Of a stretch of DNA of 32,000 nt, positions 9,232-17,631 are shown piece by piece (the first letter of the stretch is position 1; each line of letters starts with the position of its first letter). The translations under genes were made by a program, and so were the position numbers. This DNA is from Pseudoalteromonas translucida KMM 520 (lineage in GTDB: Bacteria > Pseudomonadota > Gammaproteobacteria > Enterobacterales > Alteromonadaceae). The stretch spans positions 2,940,001 to 2,972,000 of the forward strand of contig NZ_CP011034.1 of assembly GCF_001465295.1 (NCBI RefSeq), given 5' to 3'. The notes under the pieces were generated by a model. The model worked only from the letters and a program-made list of their open reading frames with translations. It had not been told where the DNA came from and ran no database searches.

Positions 9232-12200
9232 TTAGTCTTGCTTAAACACGTCGCTCCAATCGCGAGTAATTAAAGGAATAACTGCATTTGTGGGCACAGG
9301 TTTACTAAATAAATAACCTTGAAAATAGTCGCAACCAAGTGCTTTTAAAAATACTAATTGGTTGGTACTTTCAATGCCTTCTGCCACACATTCTTTATTT
9401 AGGCTGTGGGCTAAAGTAAGCGTAGACTGGATAATTGCCTCATCATTAGAATCAACCCCTATATCTTGTACAAAACTCCGGTCAATTTTTAATACATCAA
9501 TAGGAAAGCGCTTCAAATAAGTTAACGATGCGTAACCTGTACCAAAGTCATCCATATAAAGCCTGCAACCTAGTTGTTTTAACATATCCATGCTCGTTAA
9601 GGCCTGCTTTGAATCGCGCATTAATATTGATTCGGTTATTTCAAATACAATCGCCTTAGAAGGTATAGCAGCTTTAATTAATGCCTTTTTAATTTCAGGC
9701 ACCAAGTGTTCAAATTCAAAATCGAGTGCCGATAAGTTAATCGACAAATATAACTCGGGAGCAATTTTGCGCCAAGCCACTAATTCCTCTAAAGCACGAC
9801 CCAATGTTTGCAACATTATTTTTGTAATTAAACCAATACTCTCTGCCGCTAACGAAAACTCTTGAGTGTTCACTAATTGATTTTTTGGCCAGCGTAGCAA
9901 TACTTCAAAGCCTTCGGTTTTTTGGCTATTTGCATTTATAATAGGTTGATAATAATTACAAAACTCATGCTCTTGGTAGGCTTTAGTTAACTGCGATTCT
10001 AGGTGCAGTGCTTTTTGCACCCGTTGATTCATCTCTTGCTTATAAAACTTATAGCTCCCTTCTAAATTATCTTTAGCGTGGTATAAAGCAATATTGGCAG
10101 CTTTTAATAGATCTTTATATTGCTGCGCATCATCTGGATATGTGGCAACACCAATGCTTAAATTAATATTAATTATTTGACCATTAAGGCCAATATTTTT
10201 ATTAACACAGTCCATTAATTTAGTGCAAACGAGCAGTACCTCTTCTATTTGTTGTATATCTTCCACCAACACAACAAATTCATCACCACCAAATCGAGCT
10301 ACGCTATCGCTGGGGCGTAAAGTACTTTTTAATCGCTCTGCCACTGTTTTAATCAATTCATCGGCAACTTCTCGCCCTAGCGAATCATTAAAGTGTTTAA
10401 AGCGTTTAATATTAATATGCAGCAAAGCAACCTTGCTGTTATGGCGCTGTGCTTGCTCAATTGCATGTATTACACGGTCATTAAATAATGCTCTATTTGG
10501 CAGGCTAGTTAGCTGATCGTAGTTGGCGAGTATATGTAGCTCATTTTCTGCTAATTTTTGTGCATTTATATCGGTTAAAATAACAACGTAACTGGTTAAC
10601 CTGTGCTCGTTATCGGCAACTGCACTTATTTTAACAAGCACGTGGCGTTGCTCGTTATTAACCAATGTTACTGTGTCTTCGCAAGAAAAGTGCTCCCCTA
10701 CATTGAGCTTTTGCATAATGCGCAAATAATCAAAACGGCTACTGCGCGAAATTCCTAAATTAAGTACTCGGCTAGATCGCGGCTCAGCTGGAAAGTTAAA
10801 CGCCGTTTGTAATGATTTATTAGAGGCGCGTATATTAAAGTTTTTATCGAGTATAAATACCCAATCTCGAGTTTGCTCAAAGGCTGCTGTAAATAAGCGA
10901 GCGTGCTCTTCAAACACCATTTCACGGGTCATATTAGTGTAAGTTCCGGCCACTTTTTGCGGCAATTTATTATGCCACTCTACTACTTTGCCAAAATCTT
11001 TGTACCAGCGCCAATGCCCTTTTGCATGCCTAAGCCTATAGGTGCAATTAAAAGATCCTTTATCAGTAGATAAAAACTCTAACCACTCCAATCTAAATAA
11101 AGGCCTGTCTTGTGGGTGTATTTTTACTAAATAGTCATCTAAATTTACGCATTCAACGCTGTAGCCTAATTCATTCATTAACCGTGGTTGATAAATACTA
11201 AGGCTGCTTGACTGCCAATCCCAAACCCCGGATTCACTGCCCTCAAGTGCCAGTTTTAAACGCGCTTCGCTTTCTTTACTTTCTTTGTGAGCTGCCAATA
11301 AAATACGCTGTATTTTATTGTGGCGCATTACCCAAGCAACCACTAAAGCAATTAACAATAATGCATATAGCACCACAAAATAAGGGGCACGCCATAGTGG
11401 GTATTTCACTTTTATTTTTAAACTAGCGGGCGACGTATATTCGCCGGTTAATGGGTCTTTAGCCCACACTTTTAATTGGTAGTTACCCGGATTTAATTTT
11501 GGAAAGAGCACTCTGTTATTTCGGGTATAACTTTTTTGCCCGTTATCGAGCTGATACTCATAAATAATCCGCTCTTGAAAACTAAACGACATTGCCGAAA
11601 AAGCTATTTCTAAACCTATATCGTCATGATTTAAAGTTATTTCTTCAAGTGGTTGCTGTAAGTTAAGCGACAAGTTTCGCGACATTAAATTGATCCGAGT
11701 AATATTAACGTGATCAATTAATGCTTTGGTGTTTTGATTGTTCATTGGGTGAAAATAGGTAAAGCCTTTTAGGCTACCATAAGCAATACGCCCATCTTTT
11801 AAATGTGCCATAGCGCCGCTGTTAAATTCTGCAGAGAGTAGCCCTTCTGACGTAGTAAATTGCTGAAAATGCAATGTAGTCGGGTTTAAACGCCAAATGC
11901 CTTTATGGCTACTCATCCAAATCATGCCATCGTCATCTAGCACCATATCGTACAATAAGGTACCCAATTTGTTTTTGTCTAAATCAACAGTATGAATAAG
12001 TTCATACGTTAAGGCATCAATACCAATCAGGCCAAAGTTGGATAACGAGAGCCATAAAATATTATTGCGATCAACTTCATACGACAGCACATTTACGGCA
12101 ACATTTTCATGCTGCTTAGGAACCTTATATATTATTTTTAGAGTTAGACTGTGAGGATTAACTTGATATAAAATCCCACCACTAAAAAATAAAGGCTTAT

Positions 12201-13749
12201 CTGGTTGTGTCGATAATGGTGGTAAAAATCCATGCGCTAAAAAAGGGTCAAACTGAGTAAACTCGCCCTCTAACTGGGTTAGTTGCTGGGTATTAATGTT
12301 ATACATAAGCATGCCATGATCTGAGTGTACATAGTACAAGTTACCATCGGGCATTAAAGTAACTCCATGAACCCAGCCAGTGATCAGCTTTTGGTTGCTC
12401 GGATTTTGTGTTTGCGGCTCAGTTAATTGTAGGCTAACAGGGTCAAAAATAAATAAACCTCTGTTGGAGTGCAGCCACAATTTATTTTTATAAGGCATTA
12501 TTTTATAAATAGTAAATTCAGTGGTTAGCAAATCAACTTTAAAATCTTGTAAATACGTTTTGCCTATATTTGTTTCTAAATCAACTTCAGTTAAACCATT
12601 ATGCGTAGCTAGCCATAGCTTGTCTTTATACTCAGTAATGCCCCAAATTGAATGATGCGATAAGCCGTCACCACCGAGCATGCTGCCCTCAACATTAGTA
12701 AACTGGTAGTTATTATTAGCTAAATAAAACGCCCCATCTGTTTTAGTGGCCACCCATGTTCCACCAGAATTATCTTTAACCATATCAATAATACTGGTAT
12801 CGGCTAGGGTATATTTACTTTGGTTAATTCGGGTGTTTTTTATTATTTCCCCCGTTTTTAAATTAAACTTGAACAACCCTTTATCAGTCGCTAAATCAAT
12901 TTTTTCATGGTCATTTGTAATTTGCCAAATATTTAAATTATCAAGCAATACACTATTGTTAAATGCCACATCGGGGCGCTCAAACATGCTAGATAAATTG
13001 CTAATATCAACTTGGTATAATCCTTTAACAGCGCCCACTAATAGCTGATTATTGTTAGCGATAGCAAATGACTTCACATTATTTTGATAAATATGCTCTG
13101 CCTCTGTGCGTAAATGCTCTAATGGCCGCACTTTTTCACTGGCAATATCAAACACATAAGCACCATGACTCGTACCAATAAATATATAGCCGTTATAGTA
13201 AAAGAGCTTTCTAACTAGGGTGCTTTTGTATTTACTCGGGAGCTCAAAAATAGTGGTTATTTCACCACTTTCAATATCAAGCTTTGCAAAGTCACGGCCT
13301 CGGCCAATCCAGAGGGTTTTATCATCAACTGCTAACATGCTGAAAACAGATTGATTAATTATCTGCTCTTCGCTTAGCGGCTTTTCTAAAAACTGTTTAT
13401 AAGAATCGGTAGTTGGATCATAACGAAATAGCCCTGCCAGCAGTGAAGCAATCCAAATATGCCCTTGAGTGTCTTGGTATATGCGATCAATAATAGCTTC
13501 TTCAAGCTCACCATTAGGCCCGTTAATTGGTATTACTTGGTAGCCATCATAACGGTTAAGGCCACCTTCTGTCGCAAGCCATAAGTAACCGTTATTATCA
13601 ATAAGCATAGTATTAACATAGCTTTGAGATAGCCCCTCGCTAGGAGATAAGCGCTTCACTTGTGCGTTTATTTGGCTACTCATTATTAGCATAAGTGCGA
13701 TTAAGCAACTTATTGTTCTGTTAATAGCTTTACCCATTCTTGATCCCAC
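9232..13749 (-). CDS. Large membrane sensor: periplasmic beta-propeller repeats plus a Y_Y_Y-like region, TM, PAS, GGDEF diguanylate cyclase and EAL phosphodiesterase
   Basis: 1505 aa. Signal/anchor (CLIALMLIMSSQINA), then about 750 aa of repeats of the two-component-regulator-propeller type, then a TM helix (YFVVLYALLLIALVVAWVM). GGDEF is intact (RFGGDEF) with an RPSD I-site 5 residues upstream. The EAL domain carries the EVL variant plus DDFGTGYASL, AEGIES and QGYLFSKP. The start is either GTG 13749 or ATG 13737. Confidence 0.9.
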   Translation of the reverse strand: MGSRMGKAINRTISCLIALMLIMSSQINAQVKRLSPSEGLSQSYVNTMLIDNNGYLWLATEGGLNRYDGYQVIPINGPNGELEEAIIDRIYQDTQGHIWIASLLAGLFRYDPTTDSYKQFLEKPLSEEQIINQSVFSMLAVDDKTLWIGRGRDFAKLDIESGEITTIFELPSKYKSTLVRKLFYYNGYIFIGTSHGAYVFDIASEKVRPLEHLRTEAEHIYQNNVKSFAIANNNQLLVGAVKGLYQVDISNLSSMFERPDVAFNNSVLLDNLNIWQITNDHEKIDLATDKGLFKFNLKTGEIIKNTRINQSKYTLADTSIIDMVKDNSGGTWVATKTDGAFYLANNNYQFTNVEGSMLGGDGLSHHSIWGITEYKDKLWLATHNGLTEVDLETNIGKTYLQDFKVDLLTTEFTIYKIMPYKNKLWLHSNRGLFIFDPVSLQLTEPQTQNPSNQKLITGWVHGVTLMPDGNLYYVHSDHGMLMYNINTQQLTQLEGEFTQFDPFLAHGFLPPLSTQPDKPLFFSGGILYQVNPHSLTLKIIYKVPKQHENVAVNVLSYEVDRNNILWLSLSNFGLIGIDALTYELIHTVDLDKNKLGTLLYDMVLDDDGMIWMSSHKGIWRLNPTTLHFQQFTTSEGLLSAEFNSGAMAHLKDGRIAYGSLKGFTYFHPMNNQNTKALIDHVNITRINLMSRNLSLNLQQPLEEITLNHDDIGLEIAFSAMSFSFQERIIYEYQLDNGQKSYTRNNRVLFPKLNPGNYQLKVWAKDPLTGEYTSPASLKIKVKYPLWRAPYFVVLYALLLIALVVAWVMRHNKIQRILLAAHKESKESEARLKLALEGSESGVWDWQSSSLSIYQPRLMNELGYSVECVNLDDYLVKIHPQDRPLFRLEWLEFLSTDKGSFNCTYRLRHAKGHWRWYKDFGKVVEWHNKLPQKVAGTYTNMTREMVFEEHARLFTAAFEQTRDWVFILDKNFNIRASNKSLQTAFNFPAEPRSSRVLNLGISRSSRFDYLRIMQKLNVGEHFSCEDTVTLVNNEQRHVLVKISAVADNEHRLTSYVVILTDINAQKLAENELHILANYDQLTSLPNRALFNDRVIHAIEQAQRHNSKVALLHINIKRFKHFNDSLGREVADELIKTVAERLKSTLRPSDSVARFGGDEFVVLVEDIQQIEEVLLVCTKLMDCVNKNIGLNGQIININLSIGVATYPDDAQQYKDLLKAANIALYHAKDNLEGSYKFYKQEMNQRVQKALHLESQLTKAYQEHEFCNYYQPIINANSQKTEGFEVLLRWPKNQLVNTQEFSLAAESIGLITKIMLQTLGRALEELVAWRKIAPELYLSINLSALDFEFEHLVPEIKKALIKAAIPSKAIVFEITESILMRDSKQALTSMDMLKQLGCRLYMDDFGTGYASLTYLKRFPIDVLKIDRSFVQDIGVDSNDEAIIQSTLTLAHSLNKECVAEGIESTNQLVFLKALGCDYFQGYLFSKPVPTNAVIPLITRDWSDVFKQD

Positions 13750-13956
13750 TTTTTATGTTGTTTCTGATAGGTATTTGACAGCGACGATATGCGATATTGG
13801 TACACGCCAAAAGCACTACTAAGGAATGATTATATGTTAACGTTGAGTTAAAACCAATAGTGCAATATAAATCAGGTCTACTTTTAGAGATGAATGTATA
13901 AATCCTATAAACTAAAGAGTTTTAAATCAACTCGAGCTGCTCAAAAAAGTACAACA

Positions 13957-14160
13957 TTAGCCCAACATTAGTGCTAAATATCTTTCAAATTGTTGCTTTA
14001 AAGAAGCCTGCTCTGCAATAGGGCGACTATGGAGGGTGTTATATATTTGCTCACGTGTTTTTTTTCCGCGCTTAATTTGATACGCCCAAAAAGAGGCCTC
14101 ATAATCTAACTGAATTTGATACTTCTGCTCACGAGGTAAATTACATAAATTAAAACTCAC
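13957..14160 (-). CDS. Small hypothetical protein (67 aa)
   Basis: GTG start preceded by AGGAG with a 5-nt spacer. Native-like Arg codons. No family recognised. Confidence 0.5.
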   Translation of the reverse strand: MSFNLCNLPREQKYQIQLDYEASFWAYQIKRGKKTREQIYNTLHSRPIAEQASLKQQFERYLALMLG

Positions 14161-14194
14161 AGTAACTCCTATTACTTACTTAATATTTTTTATT

Positions 14195-14236
14195 ATTATA
14201 CTTATAAATAGTAATGAATGCTGCTTTAATAAAGCA
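14195..14236 (-). promoter_or_regulatory. Candidate promoter of the 67-aa ORF: perfect -10 TATAAT plus a 15-bp perfect palindrome over the -35 region
   Basis: On the minus strand TATAAT lies at 14200-14195, 34 nt upstream of the GTG. There is no good -35 hexamer. The palindrome TGCTTTAATAAAGCA (14222-14236) is centred about 41 nt upstream of the implied TSS. Confidence 0.3.
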
Positions 14237-14253
14237 TCTAGGCCAACAAGCTT

Positions 14254-14278
14254 AGCCAGCCAGCCAGCCAGCCAGCCA
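14254..14278. repeat. Tetranucleotide microsatellite (AGCC)6 plus one extra A
   Basis: Read directly: agccagccagccagccagccagcca, in the intergenic region between the DUF1289 gene and the 67-aa ORF. Confidence 0.95.
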
Positions 14279-14360
14279 AATGTTATATTATGTTTGGGAA
14301 TTTAATAGCTTATTGGCTCAGGTAATTGCAAATTTAATCCACAAAGGGCACGCACCTTAA

Positions 14361-14606
14361 CTAAAAGTCAAAACCTTGCTGATTAATTAATTCGCTAGCA
14401 GCAGTAACGTCTAATTTTTTCTGTATAAAACGCTTGTAGCGCTGCTGGCACAAACTTAATACCTTTTTCTTTTGTGCGTTGGTTAACGAATTCCATAAAA
14501 AACGCTCATCGCGGCTGCGATAACAGCCTTTACAATATCCCCTATTATTAACCAAACAAATACTCTTGCAAGGGCTTGGAATATCAAATATTTCAATTTG
14601 TTGCAT
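14361..14606 (-). CDS. DUF1289 (YdhL-like) small Cys-rich protein
   Basis: Contains SPCKSICLVNNRGYCKGCYRSRDE..W, typical of DUF1289. The track ORF begins at GTG 14621, but ATG 14606 is preceded by GGAGG at good spacing, so I prefer 14606. Confidence 0.8.
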   Translation of the reverse strand: MQQIEIFDIPSPCKSICLVNNRGYCKGCYRSRDERFLWNSLTNAQKKKVLSLCQQRYKRFIQKKLDVTAASELINQQGFDF

Positions 14607-14693
14607 TGCCCCTCCCCACACTTATGAAGATACAGGTTAAGTATAGCGTTATTTACTCAAAGAGCAGCCTTGTAAATAATTAGCTAAGAGCCT

Positions 14694-14715
14694 TTAGTAA
14701 ATCTTTTAACCAGAG
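14694..14715 (+). promoter_or_regulatory. Copy 2 of the repeated 22-nt motif (ttagtaaatcttttaaccagag), here not followed by an intact ORF
   Basis: 21/22 identical to 4012-4033. Followed by atgtaggtatca (14730-14741), GGGGGA (14742-14747), a 6-nt spacer and ATA (14754-14756) where copy 1 has ATG. Confidence 0.6.
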
Positions 14716-14813
14716 CGCAAGTCACTAAAATGTAGGTATCAGGGGGAGAGCTCATAAACCACAGCCCAACATGCGCTGAAGCTGTAGTACAAACTTACTT
14801 CGCGGATATATAA

Positions 14814-14881
14814 TTAGCTTTCAGTAATAAAAAATACTTTAAATAAATACTGAGTGACTTTTATCGCTTACTGAAAGCTAA
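14814..14881. repeat. 68-bp element with perfect 14-bp terminal inverted repeats (long-loop terminator hairpin or MITE-like element)
   Basis: ttagctttcagtaa (14814-14827) and ttactgaaagctaa (14868-14881) are exact reverse complements around a 40-nt AT-rich loop. ATATAA occurs just outside both ends (14808-14813 and 14883-14888). It lies 31 nt downstream of the acyltransferase stop. Confidence 0.6.
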
Positions 14882-14911
14882 AATATAACCGCCAAAAACG
14901 GCCTTTAGCTT

Positions 14912-16045
14912 TTAATGCTCACAACTTTTAATATTTACTTCTGCTTTACGATGATATGGCTTTGCATACATAGCTAATACTAAAGGTTTAAGCTCTTCGG
15001 GCACTTTATCCATACGTTTTGCAAACTTTGCAGCGTCGGCTTTATTAATGACCGCTTCTGTACAACCGCCTGCTATAAAGTTACCTGGGTGCAAATAAAA
15101 TGAATCTATTATTTGTTTATCTATTGTTTTAGCCAGCTCATCTGCGCTGTCGCAATGTGACTCTATCGGCTGTCCAAAAGCTAAATGAATATGCCCTTTA
15201 GATGAGCTAAAGCCTTCAACAATACTGGCTATGTCTTCACCTACAGATTTTACATATTGACCATGGTGTTGTTTATGATAAAGCTCTTTTGCTTTAGCAA
15301 TTGCACAGGGTTCGTATTGATACGATATTGATACCGGCACTATTTTTAGCTCTTTAATATAATCGCCAAATTCTTTTTTTTGCTTACGCCCATTTAGTTG
15401 TAGCATTTTTAATAGTGCCGGATCGGTTTGATCTACACCATCTTTTGCTCGCCCTTCTTTTTGCGCTATCCAAATAGAATTTCCCGCTGTTAGTGAGTCA
15501 TAAATATAGGAAGATAACTGCGTTAATGCTTTAAGCATTTCTTTAGGCGCTTTTGCAGATCGCTTTACTATAAAGCTTTTATTTAATCGCATAAGCTCAG
15601 TGATATAGGGTCTTTGCAATAAATTATCACCTATTGCAATACGCACTGTTTTCATTTTATGTTGAAACAATCCCCAATTTACTAAAGCCGGATCGAGCAC
15701 AATGTCACGATGATTCGATATAAATAAATAGGCCTGATTAGGGTCGAGTTTATCTAACCCTGAAAAAGTGACTTCTGACGTAGTGCGTTTTACTAACTTA
15801 TTTAAATACTTTGCAACTTCATTTTGTACATCTTCAACGCTATTAATTTGGCCCCATTTTTTACGTAGTTGCTGTCTAATTAATGGTCGTGCAACAAATG
15901 GAATTGCCGATAAAATGCGTGGTAAATTGTACTTTGCAATTACATCAATAAATGCATTATCGTCAATTAAACGCTTCAGCGAAGTGGCAACTTCATCATC
16001 ATTGTAAGGTCTTATGTCAGCGTACTTATCTTCTAATTCAATCAT
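14912..16045 (-). CDS. Soluble glycerolipid acyltransferase (PlsC/LPLAT superfamily)
   Basis: 377 aa. Has an NHRDIVLDP block resembling acyltransferase motif I and IAQKEGRAKDG resembling motif III (EGxR..G). The H-to-D spacing is not the canonical HX4D, so the exact substrate is unknown. Confidence 0.6.
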   Translation of the reverse strand: MIELEDKYADIRPYNDDEVATSLKRLIDDNAFIDVIAKYNLPRILSAIPFVARPLIRQQLRKKWGQINSVEDVQNEVAKYLNKLVKRTTSEVTFSGLDKLDPNQAYLFISNHRDIVLDPALVNWGLFQHKMKTVRIAIGDNLLQRPYITELMRLNKSFIVKRSAKAPKEMLKALTQLSSYIYDSLTAGNSIWIAQKEGRAKDGVDQTDPALLKMLQLNGRKQKKEFGDYIKELKIVPVSISYQYEPCAIAKAKELYHKQHHGQYVKSVGEDIASIVEGFSSSKGHIHLAFGQPIESHCDSADELAKTIDKQIIDSFYLHPGNFIAGGCTEAVINKADAAKFAKRMDKVPEELKPLVLAMYAKPYHRKAEVNIKSCEH

Positions 16046-16250
16046 TTAGCGCATCTACAAAGTTAAAAACGGCACGCCAAAGCGCACCGTCGTGTCTAAT
16101 TTTGATTATAACTCAATCAAAAATACGAAACTAGCAATACTAAAGTTCGATTTACCTAGTTCAAATAGAGTTATAGTTTAGTCGGCAAGTTTATAAGTTT
16201 GCACACTTGATGCAACTTACATTGCCCTGTTGTTATTTATAGTGAATATT

Positions 16251-16273
16251 AGTTAAAGCTAATAGCTTTAACT
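16251..16273. promoter_or_regulatory. Perfect 10-3-10 palindrome/hairpin in the 500-bp divergent intergenic region
   Basis: agttaaagct-aat-agctttaact. No T run follows on either strand, so it is not an obvious terminator. Confidence 0.4.
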
Positions 16274-16548
16274 AAAGCTGCATGGCGACGCCAGTACAAC
16301 AAAATAGCCGTAAAGGGTAGCATGTAACAACTAACCTAGTGGGCAGACCACATTTAAGTTGGCCTACTTTTTTACGACTTTAAAATTAACAAAGTGTATG
16401 CTTTATAGTACTTTAGTGTATTAATCTTGCATACGTATGCTGCGCTGTATTTGCTTTCATTAGCACTGCAAATATTTACAACCTCAAATCAAGCAATGTA
16501 AGCATTGCAAATAACTCTCTTAAATGAGGTTTAATTTTAGGAAAAAAT

Positions 16549-17493
16549 ATGAAAATTACTATTCTCGATAATGCGACTCTTGCTAAAACATCACTTAATT
16601 GTATTTCTCAATTAGGTGAGCTTACCGTTCATGAATTAACAAGTGCGGAGCAAATTATTGCTCATAGTAAAAATGCTGACGTTTTAATTACCAATAAAGC
16701 AGTTGTAAACCGTGAAACAATGAGCCAATTAAAATCACTAAAGCTAATTTGTGTTAGTGCCACAGGTACTAATAATGTAGATTTAGTAGCAGCTAAAGAG
16801 CTTGGTATTGCAGTAACCAACGTTGCCGGCTATTCAACACCTTCTGTAGTACAACATACCTTTTCTTTAATCACTAATTTATTAGGTAATACGCATCGCT
16901 ACCAAGCAGATTGCCAGCAAGGTGCATGGCAAAAAAGTGAAATGTTTTGCCGCCTAGATTATAGCTTTAACGATTTACAGGACAAAAAATTCGCTATTAT
17001 TGGTGGTGGAACACTTGGTAGTGCGGTTGCAACGGTTGCTAGCGCTTTTGGCGCAAATGTAATTACTGCCGAGCGCAAAGGGGCACAGTGCCGCGACGGT
17101 CGGGTTCCTTTTGAACAAGCAATTAAAACGGCCGATATAATTAGTGTGCACTGCCCGTTAACCGATGAAACTCGCGATCTAATTACACTCAATGAGCTTA
17201 AAATGATGAAGCCAAGTAGCATTATCATTAATACTGCACGTGGCGGCATTATTAACGAAGCAGACTTAGCTACCGCTCTTGAGCAAAATTTAATTGCAGG
17301 TGCTGGGGTTGATGTACTAACTAAAGAGCCCGCTGAACTAACTAACCCACTGGCTAATTATAAAGGCAATAACTTACTGCTTACGCCACATATTGCTTGG
17401 GCAAGCACTGAGTCAATTGTACGTTTGGTAGATGAGGTAAGTTTAAATATTGTGGCGTTTAAGCAGCAGCAATCACGTAATCGCTTAGTGTAA
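16549..17493 (+). CDS. NAD-dependent D-isomer-specific 2-hydroxyacid dehydrogenase (glycerate/hydroxypyruvate reductase-like)
   Basis: 314 aa. Rossmann motif IIGGGTLGSAV, INTARGGIINE, and the catalytic-region pattern LLLTPHIAWAS. SD AGGAAA lies upstream. Confidence 0.85.
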   Translation: MKITILDNATLAKTSLNCISQLGELTVHELTSAEQIIAHSKNADVLITNKAVVNRETMSQLKSLKLICVSATGTNNVDLVAAKELGIAVTNVAGYSTPSVVQHTFSLITNLLGNTHRYQADCQQGAWQKSEMFCRLDYSFNDLQDKKFAIIGGGTLGSAVATVASAFGANVITAERKGAQCRDGRVPFEQAIKTADIISVHCPLTDETRDLITLNELKMMKPSSIIINTARGGIINEADLATALEQNLIAGAGVDVLTKEPAELTNPLANYKGNNLLLTPHIAWASTESIVRLVDEVSLNIVAFKQQQSRNRLV

Positions 17494-17528
17494 TACCTTG
17501 CTTTAGTGCCCTGCTGTAATGCCCAGCT

Positions 17529-17557
17529 GTGTAGCTCTAAAAAGCGCTACACTTTTT
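17529..17557 (+). terminator. Rho-independent terminator of the dehydrogenase gene
   Basis: gtgtagc-(10-nt loop)-gctacac followed by ttttt. Confidence 0.6.
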
Positions 17558-17587
17558 AAAACGTGTTCATCCGGTAAATTAACTATT

Positions 17588-17610
17588 AAACGCCAATAAC
17601 GTTGGCGTTT
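17588..17610 (-). terminator. Hairpin downstream of the REC-GGDEF gene (probable terminator)
   Basis: aaacgccaa-taacg-ttggcgttt, a 9-bp perfect stem, 22 nt beyond the stop of the minus-strand gene. Confidence 0.5.
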
Positions 17611-17631
17611 ACTTTACAAATAAAGGTTTAA

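Noticed and set aside
14254-14278. Possibility that this short repeated tract, or any other in the window, is a CRISPR array.
   Set aside because: It is a 4-nt microsatellite without spacers. No repeat-spacer architecture of 24-48 nt units exists anywhere in the window.
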